Shown in pieces: positions 38,218 to 47,822 of a stretch of DNA of 64,000 nt; positions within the stretch are counted from its first letter, which is position 1; each line of letters opens with the position of its first letter. The position numbers and the translations under genes were made by a program. The DNA is from Deltaproteobacteria bacterium (GTDB taxonomy: Bacteria; Desulfobacterota; GWC2-55-46; DRQE01). The notes under the pieces are model-generated. The model saw only the letters and a program-made list of their open reading frames with translations, searched no databases and was not told the DNA's origin. The DNA is taken from positions 210,936-274,935 of the forward strand of contig JAOUFM010000003.1 in NCBI GenBank assembly GCA_029858205.1, read 5' to 3'.

Positions 38218-39909
38218 TTACTTACTACTTCTTGCGACCTTAACCGGATATGCCGCTTTTTCGATATCTTCAAAAGCAAGTTTCTCACCCTTCCTGATTT
38301 TTTCCCCAAGAGATCTATAATAATCCGCTTTTTTCAGCATCCCCGAAGCCGTATATAACTTCCCGAGCTTAAAAAAAGCATCAAAATGCACGCCCCTGTC
38401 AAGCGCCAGCATCGTCTTGTAATCTACAGCAGCCTTTTCGAAATCACCTTTGGCCACATAAGCATCGCCTCTCAACATATAATCTCCCGGAATTAATGCC
38501 GTCGGGCTCAAACCTGCATCGTAGGCCGCAATTGCCGCTTCATATTGCCCTCGCAAATAAAAATAACCTCCGATTTTTATAAGCGCAAGCTGCTTCATGT
38601 CCGCCGCTACAGCGAATTTATACTGGTGCATCCACATTGCACCGTCATCGCGCCATACCTCTATCTGCGCCGACGCCTGCACGCTCAAAAGAACCGTAAT
38701 AAAAACAGCACCGACTACGGCAGATATTTTGACTATCATTTTGCGCCCGCCGCCAAGCAATACTCCAAGCACGCCTCCGGCAAGCAAAAACAAACCAATC
38801 GACGGAATATACATGTACCTGTCCGCTGCTATCTGCCCCCCGACCTGCACCAATCCTATCACCGGCAAAAGCGTCAAAACATAGTACGCCCACGCGGCAC
38901 CGATATACGGTCTTTTTTTCATCCACAAAACACACGCTGCGGTTACGGCCAGGAGCACAAGAAAAGACACTACCGTTTCCGACGAAAAGTACTTGAACTC
39001 CGCAGTTTGCTGATAAAACGGAAGGAGCGGCTCGGGATAAAACAACTTCTTGAGATAAAAAACCCAGCTTTGTATCGCATTGGCAATGCGCGTCTCGCCG
39101 GTCTTGTATTCAAGCGGCACAATGGCGGTACTTTGCGCCAAAACGGTTATAACCGACATAATCGCGCTAAGCGCGAGAAATGGGGCCTTTCTCACGGTTT
39201 CTCTGACCAGGCTCTTAAACGTATCGATTGTTCTGAGCGGATAAAAATCCAAAATCAACAAAACCACCGGCAGCGTCACGGCCATGGCCTTGCTCATAAG
39301 AGCCAGCGTAAATGCGCTCAATGACAAGGCATAAAACCACGCGGCGCGGTTCCCCTGCGCTCCTTTGTGCTCAAGATAGAATATAACGCTTAAAACAAAG
39401 AATATCGCCGAAAGTTGATCCTTTCGTTCGGATATCCAAGCAACGCTCTCTACATGCTGAGGATGAACGCCAAACAGCACTGCGCAAAAAACCGCTCCAA
39501 CAAGCCTTCTACCGTCGTTCTCGGCACCTGAAAATACTATGCCCAAAACCTTATACCCGCAAATCAACACCAGCATGGTTGCCAGTGAGTGCAGCATAAT
39601 ATTCGTTAGGTGATACCCCATGGGGTCCAGGCCCCATATTGCATAATCGAACTTATAAGACAGCATCGTAAGCGGATGCCAGTTATCCATATAAAACCGC
39701 GTAAACACGGTTTGCGTGAATTCCCACCAATCTTTTTTCAGCAAAGAATTACGGACAACATAGAAATTGTCGTCCCAATTCACAAAATCGAAGGTAATTG
39801 CCTTTAGATACAGCATGAACGTAAAAAGCCCTACGGCAAATGCCGCACCCGACACAACGTACTTTCTCGTGTCGTACCCGTTTTTATTGTTTTCATAAAT
39901 TCCAAACAT
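38218..39909 (-). CDS. GT-C-like membrane protein with C-terminal TPR repeats, paralog 2
   Basis: Carries YLKAITFDFVNWDDNFYV, NWHPLTMLSYKFDYAIWGLDPMGYHLTNI, FGVHPQHVESVAWISERKD and ADRYMYIPS. Confidence 0.6.
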   Translation of the reverse strand: MFGIYENNKNGYDTRKYVVSGAAFAVGLFTFMLYLKAITFDFVNWDDNFYVVRNSLLKKDWWEFTQTVFTRFYMDNWHPLTMLSYKFDYAIWGLDPMGYHLTNIMLHSLATMLVLICGYKVLGIVFSGAENDGRRLVGAVFCAVLFGVHPQHVESVAWISERKDQLSAIFFVLSVIFYLEHKGAQGNRAAWFYALSLSAFTLALMSKAMAVTLPVVLLILDFYPLRTIDTFKSLVRETVRKAPFLALSAIMSVITVLAQSTAIVPLEYKTGETRIANAIQSWVFYLKKLFYPEPLLPFYQQTAEFKYFSSETVVSFLVLLAVTAACVLWMKKRPYIGAAWAYYVLTLLPVIGLVQVGGQIAADRYMYIPSIGLFLLAGGVLGVLLGGGRKMIVKISAVVGAVFITVLLSVQASAQIEVWRDDGAMWMHQYKFAVAADMKQLALIKIGGYFYLRGQYEAAIAAYDAGLSPTALIPGDYMLRGDAYVAKGDFEKAAVDYKTMLALDRGVHFDAFFKLGKLYTASGMLKKADYYRSLGEKIRKGEKLAFEDIEKAAYPVKVARSSK

Positions 39910-40276
39910 TGGCTTATCTATCTTTTTAATTTTTTAGCCACACACTTCCATAAACATCAGCGCCGCCACTGCAACTGCGCCAGGTTTGTACCTCTTCGTA
40001 CTCCAATCTCCACGCGTGCTACACGCTTAATCAAACCGCCATACGACCGGCCGTTACTTCGTTCGTTTAGCCTATCATGGGAAAATCATACGCTCGGGGG
40101 AACAGCCGCCGGATCACCAGACGCTTTTTTGTAAATAACAGCGGCCTTTTTATCGTTAAGCTTCGAACCAACAACGCTTAAATTGCAATACGGTTCCTTG
40201 TACTTCGTGACGAGCTATGGTGCCTTCTTAAAACCACCGCGCACATCGACATGACATACGATTTATACCCAAAAAC

Positions 40277-42043
40277 TCACAGCCCCTCGCCTTTGGACGC
40301 TGCCTTCACTTCTATCTGCACCGGACTTACCGACACCCAGAACTCCTTATCAGAAAGAACCTCGCCTCGTGAAAGACGCATATTAAGACTCTCGTAATAT
40401 CGCGCCTTTTTGTCATTACCTGCGCCTCGAAATAACAATGCAAGATATTCATACCCGAATGCAGCCCAGGCCTTGTTAAGCGCTACGGCTACCTTATAAT
40501 CCAAAATAGCCTTGTCAATTTCACCCTTTTTTTCGTATACAGGGGCTCTGACAGCATATAATATCCAGTTCTCCGGATTGGCATTTATCGCCATCGTCAG
40601 ATCGGCAATCGCTTCATCGACCCTTCCTATGGAAAACAAATGCATGGCACGTTTCGCAAGCGGCAAAGGGAACACTTTGCCATCGAAATGCTCTATCTGG
40701 TGTGTCCAAAGCGTATAAGAATCCTTCCATATCGATATCTGAAAAGATGTTTTAATCGTCATAAGAACCAATAGAGCCGCTACTGTGACCGCGATACCGG
40801 CTTTCACCGGTTTTGCATGAGGCAATAAGAACAATAGCGCTGCCATACCGGCGCCTGCAATCAAAAACAGACCTATGGATGGTATGTACATATACCTGTC
40901 GGCAGCGGCCTGCCCTCCGACCTGCAATATGCCTATTACAGGAAGAAGCGTCAAAACATAACTTGCCCAGACGGCAGCTACGTACGGTCGGCGGCGCAAC
41001 CAGACGATACTGATGGCCGTTATGCCCAGAGCGACTACAGCCGAAACAATAACAGATACGGAAAAAAACGAAATATTTGGCGTGGGAGCATAATACGGCA
41101 ACAAGACATCCGGAATAAGAGCTTTCCTGAGATAAAAAACATAGGCAGACAACGCATGCGCCAAACGCATGGACAACGGCTTGGATTCCAGGGTCAGCAT
41201 CCCGTGTTTTTGTATCAATATGGTAACAACAGAAACTGCCGCACTAAAAACAAAGAACGGGATCTTATTTATGATTTCGGCGACCAATGTTTTTAACGAC
41301 GAAATTCTCATCAATGGATAAAAATCAAGGATAAGAAGAACAACGGGTAGCGTTACGGCCATTGGCTTACTTAACAACGCAAGAACAAAAGCGAAAAGGG
41401 AAAGCACATAAAAAGTCTTTTTTCTCACCTCATCGACATGACGATACCTAAGATATAAAACCATGCTCGCCACAAAAAATAATGCCGAGAGAATATCCTT
41501 ACGCTCGGATACCCACGCCACACTTTCAACATGTAGCGGATGTACTCCAAAAAGAATGGCCGCTATCGATGCGGCCGCTATCACGGCCCTCCGTCTATTA
41601 TCTCCTTTGAAAACAACAAGAAAAATCCTGTAACCGAAGACAAACACCAAGCCCGTGGCAACCGTATGCAGTATCACATTGGTCAAATGATACCCCATGG
41701 GATCGTCACCCCAAAAAATGTAATCGATCTTATACGACATCATCGTCAACGGATGCCAGTTACTGGCAAAGGTATAAATAAAAACATCGTTTAGGAAATT
41801 CCATCCGGTTTTCTCAAACAGGACATTCCCGAGAATATACTGATTATCGTCCCAGTTGACAAAACCAAAGGTAATGGCCTTGAGGTAAACAATGAAGGTA
41901 ACAAACGCGCAAAGCAGGCAAGCTACATACGCCGCCGACCTCGCATCGAGCATTCTTCCTACGATTCCTGTGCGCGCCGTGTCGACGCTTTTTCCCATTA
42001 AATTATCATTTTGCATTTTCATCCAAGCAGCAAGAAGTTCCAT
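40277..42043 (-). CDS. GT-C-like membrane protein with C-terminal TPR repeats, paralog 3
   Basis: Carries YLKAITFGFVNWDDNQYI, NWHPLTMMSYKIDYIFWGDDPMGYHLTNV, FGVHPLHVESVAWVSERKD and ADRYMYIPS. Confidence 0.6.
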   Translation of the reverse strand: MELLAAWMKMQNDNLMGKSVDTARTGIVGRMLDARSAAYVACLLCAFVTFIVYLKAITFGFVNWDDNQYILGNVLFEKTGWNFLNDVFIYTFASNWHPLTMMSYKIDYIFWGDDPMGYHLTNVILHTVATGLVFVFGYRIFLVVFKGDNRRRAVIAAASIAAILFGVHPLHVESVAWVSERKDILSALFFVASMVLYLRYRHVDEVRKKTFYVLSLFAFVLALLSKPMAVTLPVVLLILDFYPLMRISSLKTLVAEIINKIPFFVFSAAVSVVTILIQKHGMLTLESKPLSMRLAHALSAYVFYLRKALIPDVLLPYYAPTPNISFFSVSVIVSAVVALGITAISIVWLRRRPYVAAVWASYVLTLLPVIGILQVGGQAAADRYMYIPSIGLFLIAGAGMAALLFLLPHAKPVKAGIAVTVAALLVLMTIKTSFQISIWKDSYTLWTHQIEHFDGKVFPLPLAKRAMHLFSIGRVDEAIADLTMAINANPENWILYAVRAPVYEKKGEIDKAILDYKVAVALNKAWAAFGYEYLALLFRGAGNDKKARYYESLNMRLSRGEVLSDKEFWVSVSPVQIEVKAASKGEGL

Positions 42044-42104
42044 CGTTTGACTAAACCATGTTATTATGACATAATTCGAAGACTAAATACATGCTAAAAC
42101 TCCA

Positions 42105-42869
42105 ATGCTCCGTGAACAAAAAATAGCCGTTGTGCTTCCGGCATACAAGGCCGAAAAAACCCTCGAGGCAACGTACAGGGAAATCCCTCTCGACATCGTC
42201 GACGAGGTAATCCTCGTCGATGACGGCAGCGCGGACAAAACCGTGGCTGTCGCAAAAACTCTCGGCATAAGGCACGTCATTGTCCATGAAAAAAACATGG
42301 GCTACGGCGCAAACCAGAAAACCTGCTACAAGGCCGCCCTTTCCCTCGGCGCCGACATAGTGGTCATGGTGCACCCGGACTACCAGTACACGCCAAAACT
42401 CATCACCGCAATGGCCGCCATGATAGTGTCCGGACACTACGACGTGGTGCTGGGATCTAGGATTCTCGGCAAAAGCGCCATCAAAGGCGGCATGCCGGTC
42501 TACAAGTACATCGCCAACCGGTTTCTTACGTTTACAGAGAACCTGCTGCTTGGACTGAAACTGTCGGAATACCACACCGGGTACAGGGCTTTTTCAAAGG
42601 ACGTACTCCTTAAACTCCCGCTCACCGAGAATTCGAACGATTTCGTCTTCGACAACGAAATGCTGGCGCAGGCGGCCTTTTTCAACTTTCGCATCGGCGA
42701 GATAAGCTGCCCCACAAAATACTTCGACGAGGCATCGTCCATAAGTTTTTCAAGAAGCGTTATCTACGGCCTCGGCGTACTTTCGACATCCTTCAAGTTC
42801 TTTTTAAACCGCATCGGCGTAAAGCAATTCCCTATCTTTTCCGAAAACGGCCGCAGACTTTTATCTTAG
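42105..42869 (+). CDS. glycosyltransferase family 2 (Dpm1/polyprenyl-phosphate sugar synthase-like)
   Basis: IAVVLPAYKAEKTLEATYREIP, VILVDDGSADKT, and the DxD-like HPDYQY. 254 aa. It is divergent from the GT-C paralogs with a 61-nt gap. Confidence 0.75.
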   Translation: MLREQKIAVVLPAYKAEKTLEATYREIPLDIVDEVILVDDGSADKTVAVAKTLGIRHVIVHEKNMGYGANQKTCYKAALSLGADIVVMVHPDYQYTPKLITAMAAMIVSGHYDVVLGSRILGKSAIKGGMPVYKYIANRFLTFTENLLLGLKLSEYHTGYRAFSKDVLLKLPLTENSNDFVFDNEMLAQAAFFNFRIGEISCPTKYFDEASSISFSRSVIYGLGVLSTSFKFFLNRIGVKQFPIFSENGRRLLS

Positions 42870-42920
42870 CCGCCGGTGTTTTAGTTTGCCGCCTTGCCCG
42901 GCCTCTGCTACAATCGTTAA

Positions 42921-44354
42921 ATGACGCCGCTCCTTCTCTCTAAAATAATCGAAGAACTATGGCCACAACTCGACGGCTCACTTGTAAGTTCCGTGCACCA
43001 GCCCGACGACAAGACCGTGCTGCTAAGGCTCATGACGCGGCGCGGCCAGAGGACGCTACTTGTATCCACGCATCCTCTTTTTTCGCGCCTTAATCTATTT
43101 ACGGAAAAGCGCGAGAACCCGGCAACCCCGCCGCGCTTTTGCGCGCTTCTTAGGAGCAGGATAGAAGGACTAAGAATCACGGAAATACGCCAAAAACCAG
43201 ACGAACGCATAGCCAAAATCGCTCTCGGCGACAATGCCTTCACGCTCGTAATGGAGCTTACCGGGAAATCCTCGAACATCATTTTACTCGACAATAAAGG
43301 GGTTATTGTCGATGCGCTAAGAATCTTCGCGCCGGAGACGTCGGTGCGAGCTGTAATGCCAGGAATAACTCTTGCCGCTCTTCCCAAACAAGAGATATTA
43401 AAAGAGTCCGCACCGAAAATCGAACCAGCGGACAACGAAACATGGAACGAAGCAGTTGAAAAATATTTTTCCGCAGCCGAGGAAAAGGAGAGATTTTTAA
43501 CGCTCAAAAAAAAGCTTCTTGGCGCGATATCGGGCGCGGCAAAGCACGCAAAGCGAAAGCTCGAAAACAGGCTTAACGACAAAACTGCCGCCAACAAAGA
43601 CCTGCTATCCTCCAAAACAGGCGACATAATATCGGCCAACCTTCATAAACTCAAAAAAGGCATGCACGAGGCTTTGCTTGCCGATATATATTCGGATACT
43701 AATAACGAAGTCTTGGTAAAGCTCGACCCGACGCTCTCTGCCTCGGAAAACGCGGCCAAATACTATAAACGCGCCAAAAAAGCCGCAACCGCGCTAAAAC
43801 TTCTTGAAAGGAGCATCCCGGAGGTCGAGGCTGAGATTCTAAAACTTGAAAATCTTACCAAAGAATGCGCGGCAATAAACACCGAAAAAGACGCTCTGAC
43901 GCTGGAGAAAAAGCTCATCGCCGCCGGATACATGAAAAAGGAAGAAACTCCTGGCGTAAGGAAGAAAGAGGCCTCGCTGCCCATACGCCAGGAAAAGACC
44001 TCGGACGGTTTTACACTTCTTATAGGAAAGAGCTCGAAAGGAAACGACCTGCTTATAAAGGAATACGCATCTGACGAAGACCTATGGTTTCACGCAAAAG
44101 GGATTGCCGGAGCGCACGTTGTTCTGAAATCAAAGGGGCGCGCAAAGCCTCCGAGTGAAAAAGCCATCCACGAAGCAGCCGTAACCGCGGCCTCCTCCTC
44201 TAAGGCATCTGCGTCGACAAAGCTCGAGGTAATATGCGCAAGCGTAAGGCACGTAAAGAAGCCCAAGGGCGCAAAGCCCGGAATGGTTACTGTAACCGAA
44301 TACAAAACCCTTATAGTAAAACCGGACAGGGCTCAGATAAAATCGAAGAAATAA
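42921..44354 (+). CDS. rqcH: NFACT-family protein (RqcH / FbpA-like ribosome quality control factor; NFACT-N, coiled coil, NFACT-R/DUF814)
   Basis: The N-terminal region reads LVSTHPLFSRLNL and LTGKSSNIILLD, followed by a central Lys/Glu/Ala coiled coil. The C-terminal DLWFHAKGIAGAHVVLK is the DUF814 signature. At 477 aa it is shorter than the roughly 570-aa Bacillus form as I recall it. Confidence 0.65.
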   Translation: MTPLLLSKIIEELWPQLDGSLVSSVHQPDDKTVLLRLMTRRGQRTLLVSTHPLFSRLNLFTEKRENPATPPRFCALLRSRIEGLRITEIRQKPDERIAKIALGDNAFTLVMELTGKSSNIILLDNKGVIVDALRIFAPETSVRAVMPGITLAALPKQEILKESAPKIEPADNETWNEAVEKYFSAAEEKERFLTLKKKLLGAISGAAKHAKRKLENRLNDKTAANKDLLSSKTGDIISANLHKLKKGMHEALLADIYSDTNNEVLVKLDPTLSASENAAKYYKRAKKAATALKLLERSIPEVEAEILKLENLTKECAAINTEKDALTLEKKLIAAGYMKKEETPGVRKKEASLPIRQEKTSDGFTLLIGKSSKGNDLLIKEYASDEDLWFHAKGIAGAHVVLKSKGRAKPPSEKAIHEAAVTAASSSKASASTKLEVICASVRHVKKPKGAKPGMVTVTEYKTLIVKPDRAQIKSKK

Positions 44355-46264
44355 CGCCAGGTAAGCGCGGCATCGGTTGAGTAGATGCCGAAGGTGCGCT
44401 CCCTTTTTACTTCCAGCATAAGAGAATTGTTTTGCGAAAGCTTGACGCTTTGCAAGAGCGCGGCCTCGTAGGTCTTATGCGTATCGCCAAAGGCAAAGCT
44501 CGTTGCCCGCACATATAGATGCGCCGAGTACCTGCCCGCCGGGCTTAAAAGAAACCCGAGGGTCGCTCCGCCGCCAAGGGCATAACTATCTTCGAGCCTG
44601 CCGCTGATATCGAACATGCCGTCAACTGTAACATACGGCCTAAGGGCGCCGAAACCGGCCACATACCCTGCCCCGGCAGAGGTCCTGTACACCAGGTGGT
44701 CGTCCTTGTCCGGGAATATCCGTTGAACAAACCCGGTCCTAACCTTCCAGGAAAGCGGCTTAAAGAATATGTCGCGCGGGGTTAACGAAAGAATATTTAA
44801 AAAGTCGAAGTACTCGAGCTCCCCGTTATTTCTCTCCGGATAATGCCTGGCGCCGAGGCTGAAAAACTCTATCTGTGAGCCGTCTATGAAGCCTTCCTTT
44901 GGGTCAAGGAGGTTATGGTACGCTGGACGAAGCCTTATCTCCTCGTAAAAACGGCCGGAATCAGTGCCAATGCCAAGCGAGAAACTTTTTGAACGGTGCC
45001 CTGCCTCGGGCCCGGCAGGCGTTGGCACCGAATACACGTTCTCGCTTTTTTCGGCAATCGTTCCGCGCGCCTTGAGGATAGCGAGAAAACGCCTCTGAAA
45101 CTCGCCCTTTTCCATCTTTTCCTTTGTATAACGGTACTGCGAATATTCCGCCGCAAGGTCGAGTATTTCTATCTTCTCGGTTGCCGGGATGCCAGACGAC
45201 AGCACGCTTTCCGGCTCTATCTCTTTTTTCGCCACGGCAATGGCCGTTTTGGAACCGCTGCGGCCAACAAGCGAAGCGACATGACGTATTTTGGAGGATC
45301 TCGACGGACGGTACTCGACCTCCTTTATTATGCCGGAATCGCGTATTTTTCTTAGCGTATCAACCGGAATAACGGAGAATCCGAAACCGTCTGTAAGCCT
45401 AAGCTCCGGCCTCGCGGCCTCCATAGCGAACATAATGGTGTATGAACAGTTCTCGTCGAAGAAATAATAATATGTATACAGGTCCTTCATCTCCCAGAGA
45501 TGATACACCATCATCCTCACCTCGGCCTCCGTGAGATCGAGTTTATATTCCCACATGTCGCGCTGGTCCATGTCGTTATACTCCTGCACCTTCGTATAAT
45601 ACGGCAGGATGGAATAAAAGCCCTGATAATAACCGAAGACGCCTTTAAAGGCGTAGATAAGGCCGTTTGTGTCGGTCGGGAGCGCGGCATAATTGGCCGC
45701 AAAGGACACGAGCTTACTTTCCTTATCCGAATCTATTCTCAAAAATGTATGGCCAAACATCGAAGCCGGCGCGTTTATATGAGCGGCCGAAAACACCAGG
45801 GCCGCGCTCTTGGGATTTATATTGCGCATGGCCTCGTTGAACATGGCGCAGTTTATCGCAGGCAGTTTCGATACATCGATGGAAAGTTCTTTTATAAGCC
45901 ACTCGTGTCTGGCAACGAATCGACACCTCGGGTTTGTTTTCTCATCGGTCGAGGCGTCGAAAAGCGCGTCTATGGTTGCGTTAAGCTCTACCTCCGGGTT
46001 TCTCTTGCCTCCGAGGGCAAGAAAAAAGAACGGGTCGTCAACAAGGCTCTCCACGCCGCCGCGCACGGGCTTATAGTGCAAAAGGACTTCCCATGTCCTG
46101 CTCTGGGCAAGCTTTTTCTCCGAAGCCGCCTTTTTAAGCTCTGCTGCGTATGGATTTTCGTCTGAAAAACAAACGGAAGGAAATATCAAAACAGCCAGAA
46201 TAAGGCAAAAAAAGAGGGATACGCGCCGTGAAAATATCGCGTATCCCCTGAGAAGATGCTTCAA
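44333..46264 (-). CDS. DUF4105 domain protein (Lnb N-terminal periplasmic domain-like) with long C-terminal extension
   Basis: N-terminal signal/TM LFFCLILAVLIFPSVCF. PASMFGHTFLRIDS matches the GHTxLR motif I associate with DUF4105. 643 aa. It overlaps the convergent rqcH-like 3' end by 22 nt. Confidence 0.55.
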   Translation of the reverse strand: MKHLLRGYAIFSRRVSLFFCLILAVLIFPSVCFSDENPYAAELKKAASEKKLAQSRTWEVLLHYKPVRGGVESLVDDPFFFLALGGKRNPEVELNATIDALFDASTDEKTNPRCRFVARHEWLIKELSIDVSKLPAINCAMFNEAMRNINPKSAALVFSAAHINAPASMFGHTFLRIDSDKESKLVSFAANYAALPTDTNGLIYAFKGVFGYYQGFYSILPYYTKVQEYNDMDQRDMWEYKLDLTEAEVRMMVYHLWEMKDLYTYYYFFDENCSYTIMFAMEAARPELRLTDGFGFSVIPVDTLRKIRDSGIIKEVEYRPSRSSKIRHVASLVGRSGSKTAIAVAKKEIEPESVLSSGIPATEKIEILDLAAEYSQYRYTKEKMEKGEFQRRFLAILKARGTIAEKSENVYSVPTPAGPEAGHRSKSFSLGIGTDSGRFYEEIRLRPAYHNLLDPKEGFIDGSQIEFFSLGARHYPERNNGELEYFDFLNILSLTPRDIFFKPLSWKVRTGFVQRIFPDKDDHLVYRTSAGAGYVAGFGALRPYVTVDGMFDISGRLEDSYALGGGATLGFLLSPAGRYSAHLYVRATSFAFGDTHKTYEAALLQSVKLSQNNSLMLEVKRERTFGIYSTDAALTWRYFFDFI

Positions 46265-46286
46265 TGGTATCTGTTCCGTGCCTTAA

Positions 46287-46763
46287 TTAGCCCTTGGTAA
46301 CCGCAACGATGTTGTCGATTACGTCGGCAGCTTCAACGTTCTCGGAGGTGTAGATGTTCGAGAAGTTGGACTGAAGTGTTGCGAAGAACTCGCCTCTCTC
46401 TGCGGTCGGTACGTTCATAAGCTCCGCGAGTGTGGAAAGGCTCTCGCCCGAACCCATTGCGATGTCGGAAGCGAGGTTGTCCATGTTCGAGGCAACGAAG
46501 GTGTTGACCTCATTGGAGGCTATCTTGTCAGCCTTTTTGCAGTTCGAGGTGCCGGAGGTGATGCCAAAGGTGCCGTTGCCGCAGGTGCCGTTAAGAAGCG
46601 TCATCGCGAGCTGGGCAAGGAGTGAATCGTTATTCTGGATAAGGACCGCTCCGAGACCGCAACCCGTGTTGGACTGCGCTGCTGCATTTGCTGCCTTTGC
46701 GTCACTTGCCGACATACCGAATACAACTGCTGCTGCCGCTGCTGCTACCAAATACTTTTTCAT
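46287..46763 (-). CDS. DUF3015-like secreted protein
   Basis: From ATG 46763 (MKKYLVAAAAAAVVFGMSASDAKA signal peptide, AAGGAG RBS). NTGCGLGAVL and GTFGITSGTSNC resemble DUF3015. The track ORF begins 12 codons earlier. Confidence 0.55.
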   Translation of the reverse strand: MKKYLVAAAAAAVVFGMSASDAKAANAAAQSNTGCGLGAVLIQNNDSLLAQLAMTLLNGTCGNGTFGITSGTSNCKKADKIASNEVNTFVASNMDNLASDIAMGSGESLSTLAELMNVPTAERGEFFATLQSNFSNIYTSENVEAADVIDNIVAVTKG

Positions 46764-46958
46764 GTGCCAAACCTCCTTAGATAGATTGTTTTGTGACATG
46801 AAACCAACTGGTTAATTATAACTCTATGGGTTTTATTGTCAAGACGATAAATGAAAATTCTCGATTTCTTTTATATTACGGAACGTTAGGAACGGGTACA
46901 CGGCCTTTGGCCGTGGAAAATACCGCCCCTTGATGCTATACTATAATGACCGACCATA

Positions 46959-47822
46959 ATGACAACCATCAAAAAATACCCGGATTCCTCGGAACTGACC
47001 GTTCAAATGAAGGATACGTTGAAAAGCCGCCTGGCAAGCCTAAGGGACGGCGTGTCCGAGCACTCGTTTGCGAACCTATACCTTTTCAGAAAGATCCATA
47101 ACTATAAAATAAGCGCCCTTGAAGGCGACAACCTCATAATAACAGGCTCTGACCTCGGCAAAAAGTTCTTCATGCTGCCCTTCGAGCTGCCGGATAAAGG
47201 CACACTCGATAAGCTCTTCGAGAAGCACTTATCCATGAAATGCGTTTCAGAGGAAAAGGCAACGCGCCTAAGCCTGCTCGGCTACGCTATAAAAGAAGAC
47301 CGCGACAATTTCGACTACCTTTATAAGAGGGACGAGATGGCCTCGCTTGCCGGCAAGAAATACTATAAGAAGAAAAACCGGGTAAAAAAGTTCCTTTCCG
47401 AGCACTCGCCCGAGTGCCTGCCGCTAACCAATGACCGCATAAAGGACGCCCTCTCGGTGCTTGAGCTCTGGAAGGGCGAAAAGGACACTCTCGGGGACTA
47501 CGAGGCGGCAAAAGAAGGTCTCCTTCTTATGGAGGAACTATCCCTTTGCGGCGCGGTCTATTATATAAACAACAAGGCAGCAGCCTATACGCTTGGCGAA
47601 GAACTTCACGCTGGCGACACATTCGTCGTACACTTTGAAAAAGCAGCGCACAAGTACACGGGGATTTTTCAGTACGTTGCCCGGAGCTTTGCTTCACTTC
47701 TTCCGGAAAAATACGTCTACATAAACAGGGAGCAGGACCTGGGGCTTGAGGGGCTAAGACAGGCAAAGGAGAGCCTGAAGCCGGCTGCGTTCATAAAAAA
47801 ATACCGGGTATTTGCCAAATGA
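46959..47822 (+). CDS. DUF2156-like protein (lysyl-phosphatidylglycerol synthase C-terminal-like acyltransferase fold)
   Basis: SFANLYLFRKIHNY, NFDYLY, and GKKYYKKKNRVKKF are patterns I associate with DUF2156. The call is tentative. Confidence 0.45.
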   Translation: MTTIKKYPDSSELTVQMKDTLKSRLASLRDGVSEHSFANLYLFRKIHNYKISALEGDNLIITGSDLGKKFFMLPFELPDKGTLDKLFEKHLSMKCVSEEKATRLSLLGYAIKEDRDNFDYLYKRDEMASLAGKKYYKKKNRVKKFLSEHSPECLPLTNDRIKDALSVLELWKGEKDTLGDYEAAKEGLLLMEELSLCGAVYYINNKAAAYTLGEELHAGDTFVVHFEKAAHKYTGIFQYVARSFASLLPEKYVYINREQDLGLEGLRQAKESLKPAAFIKKYRVFAK

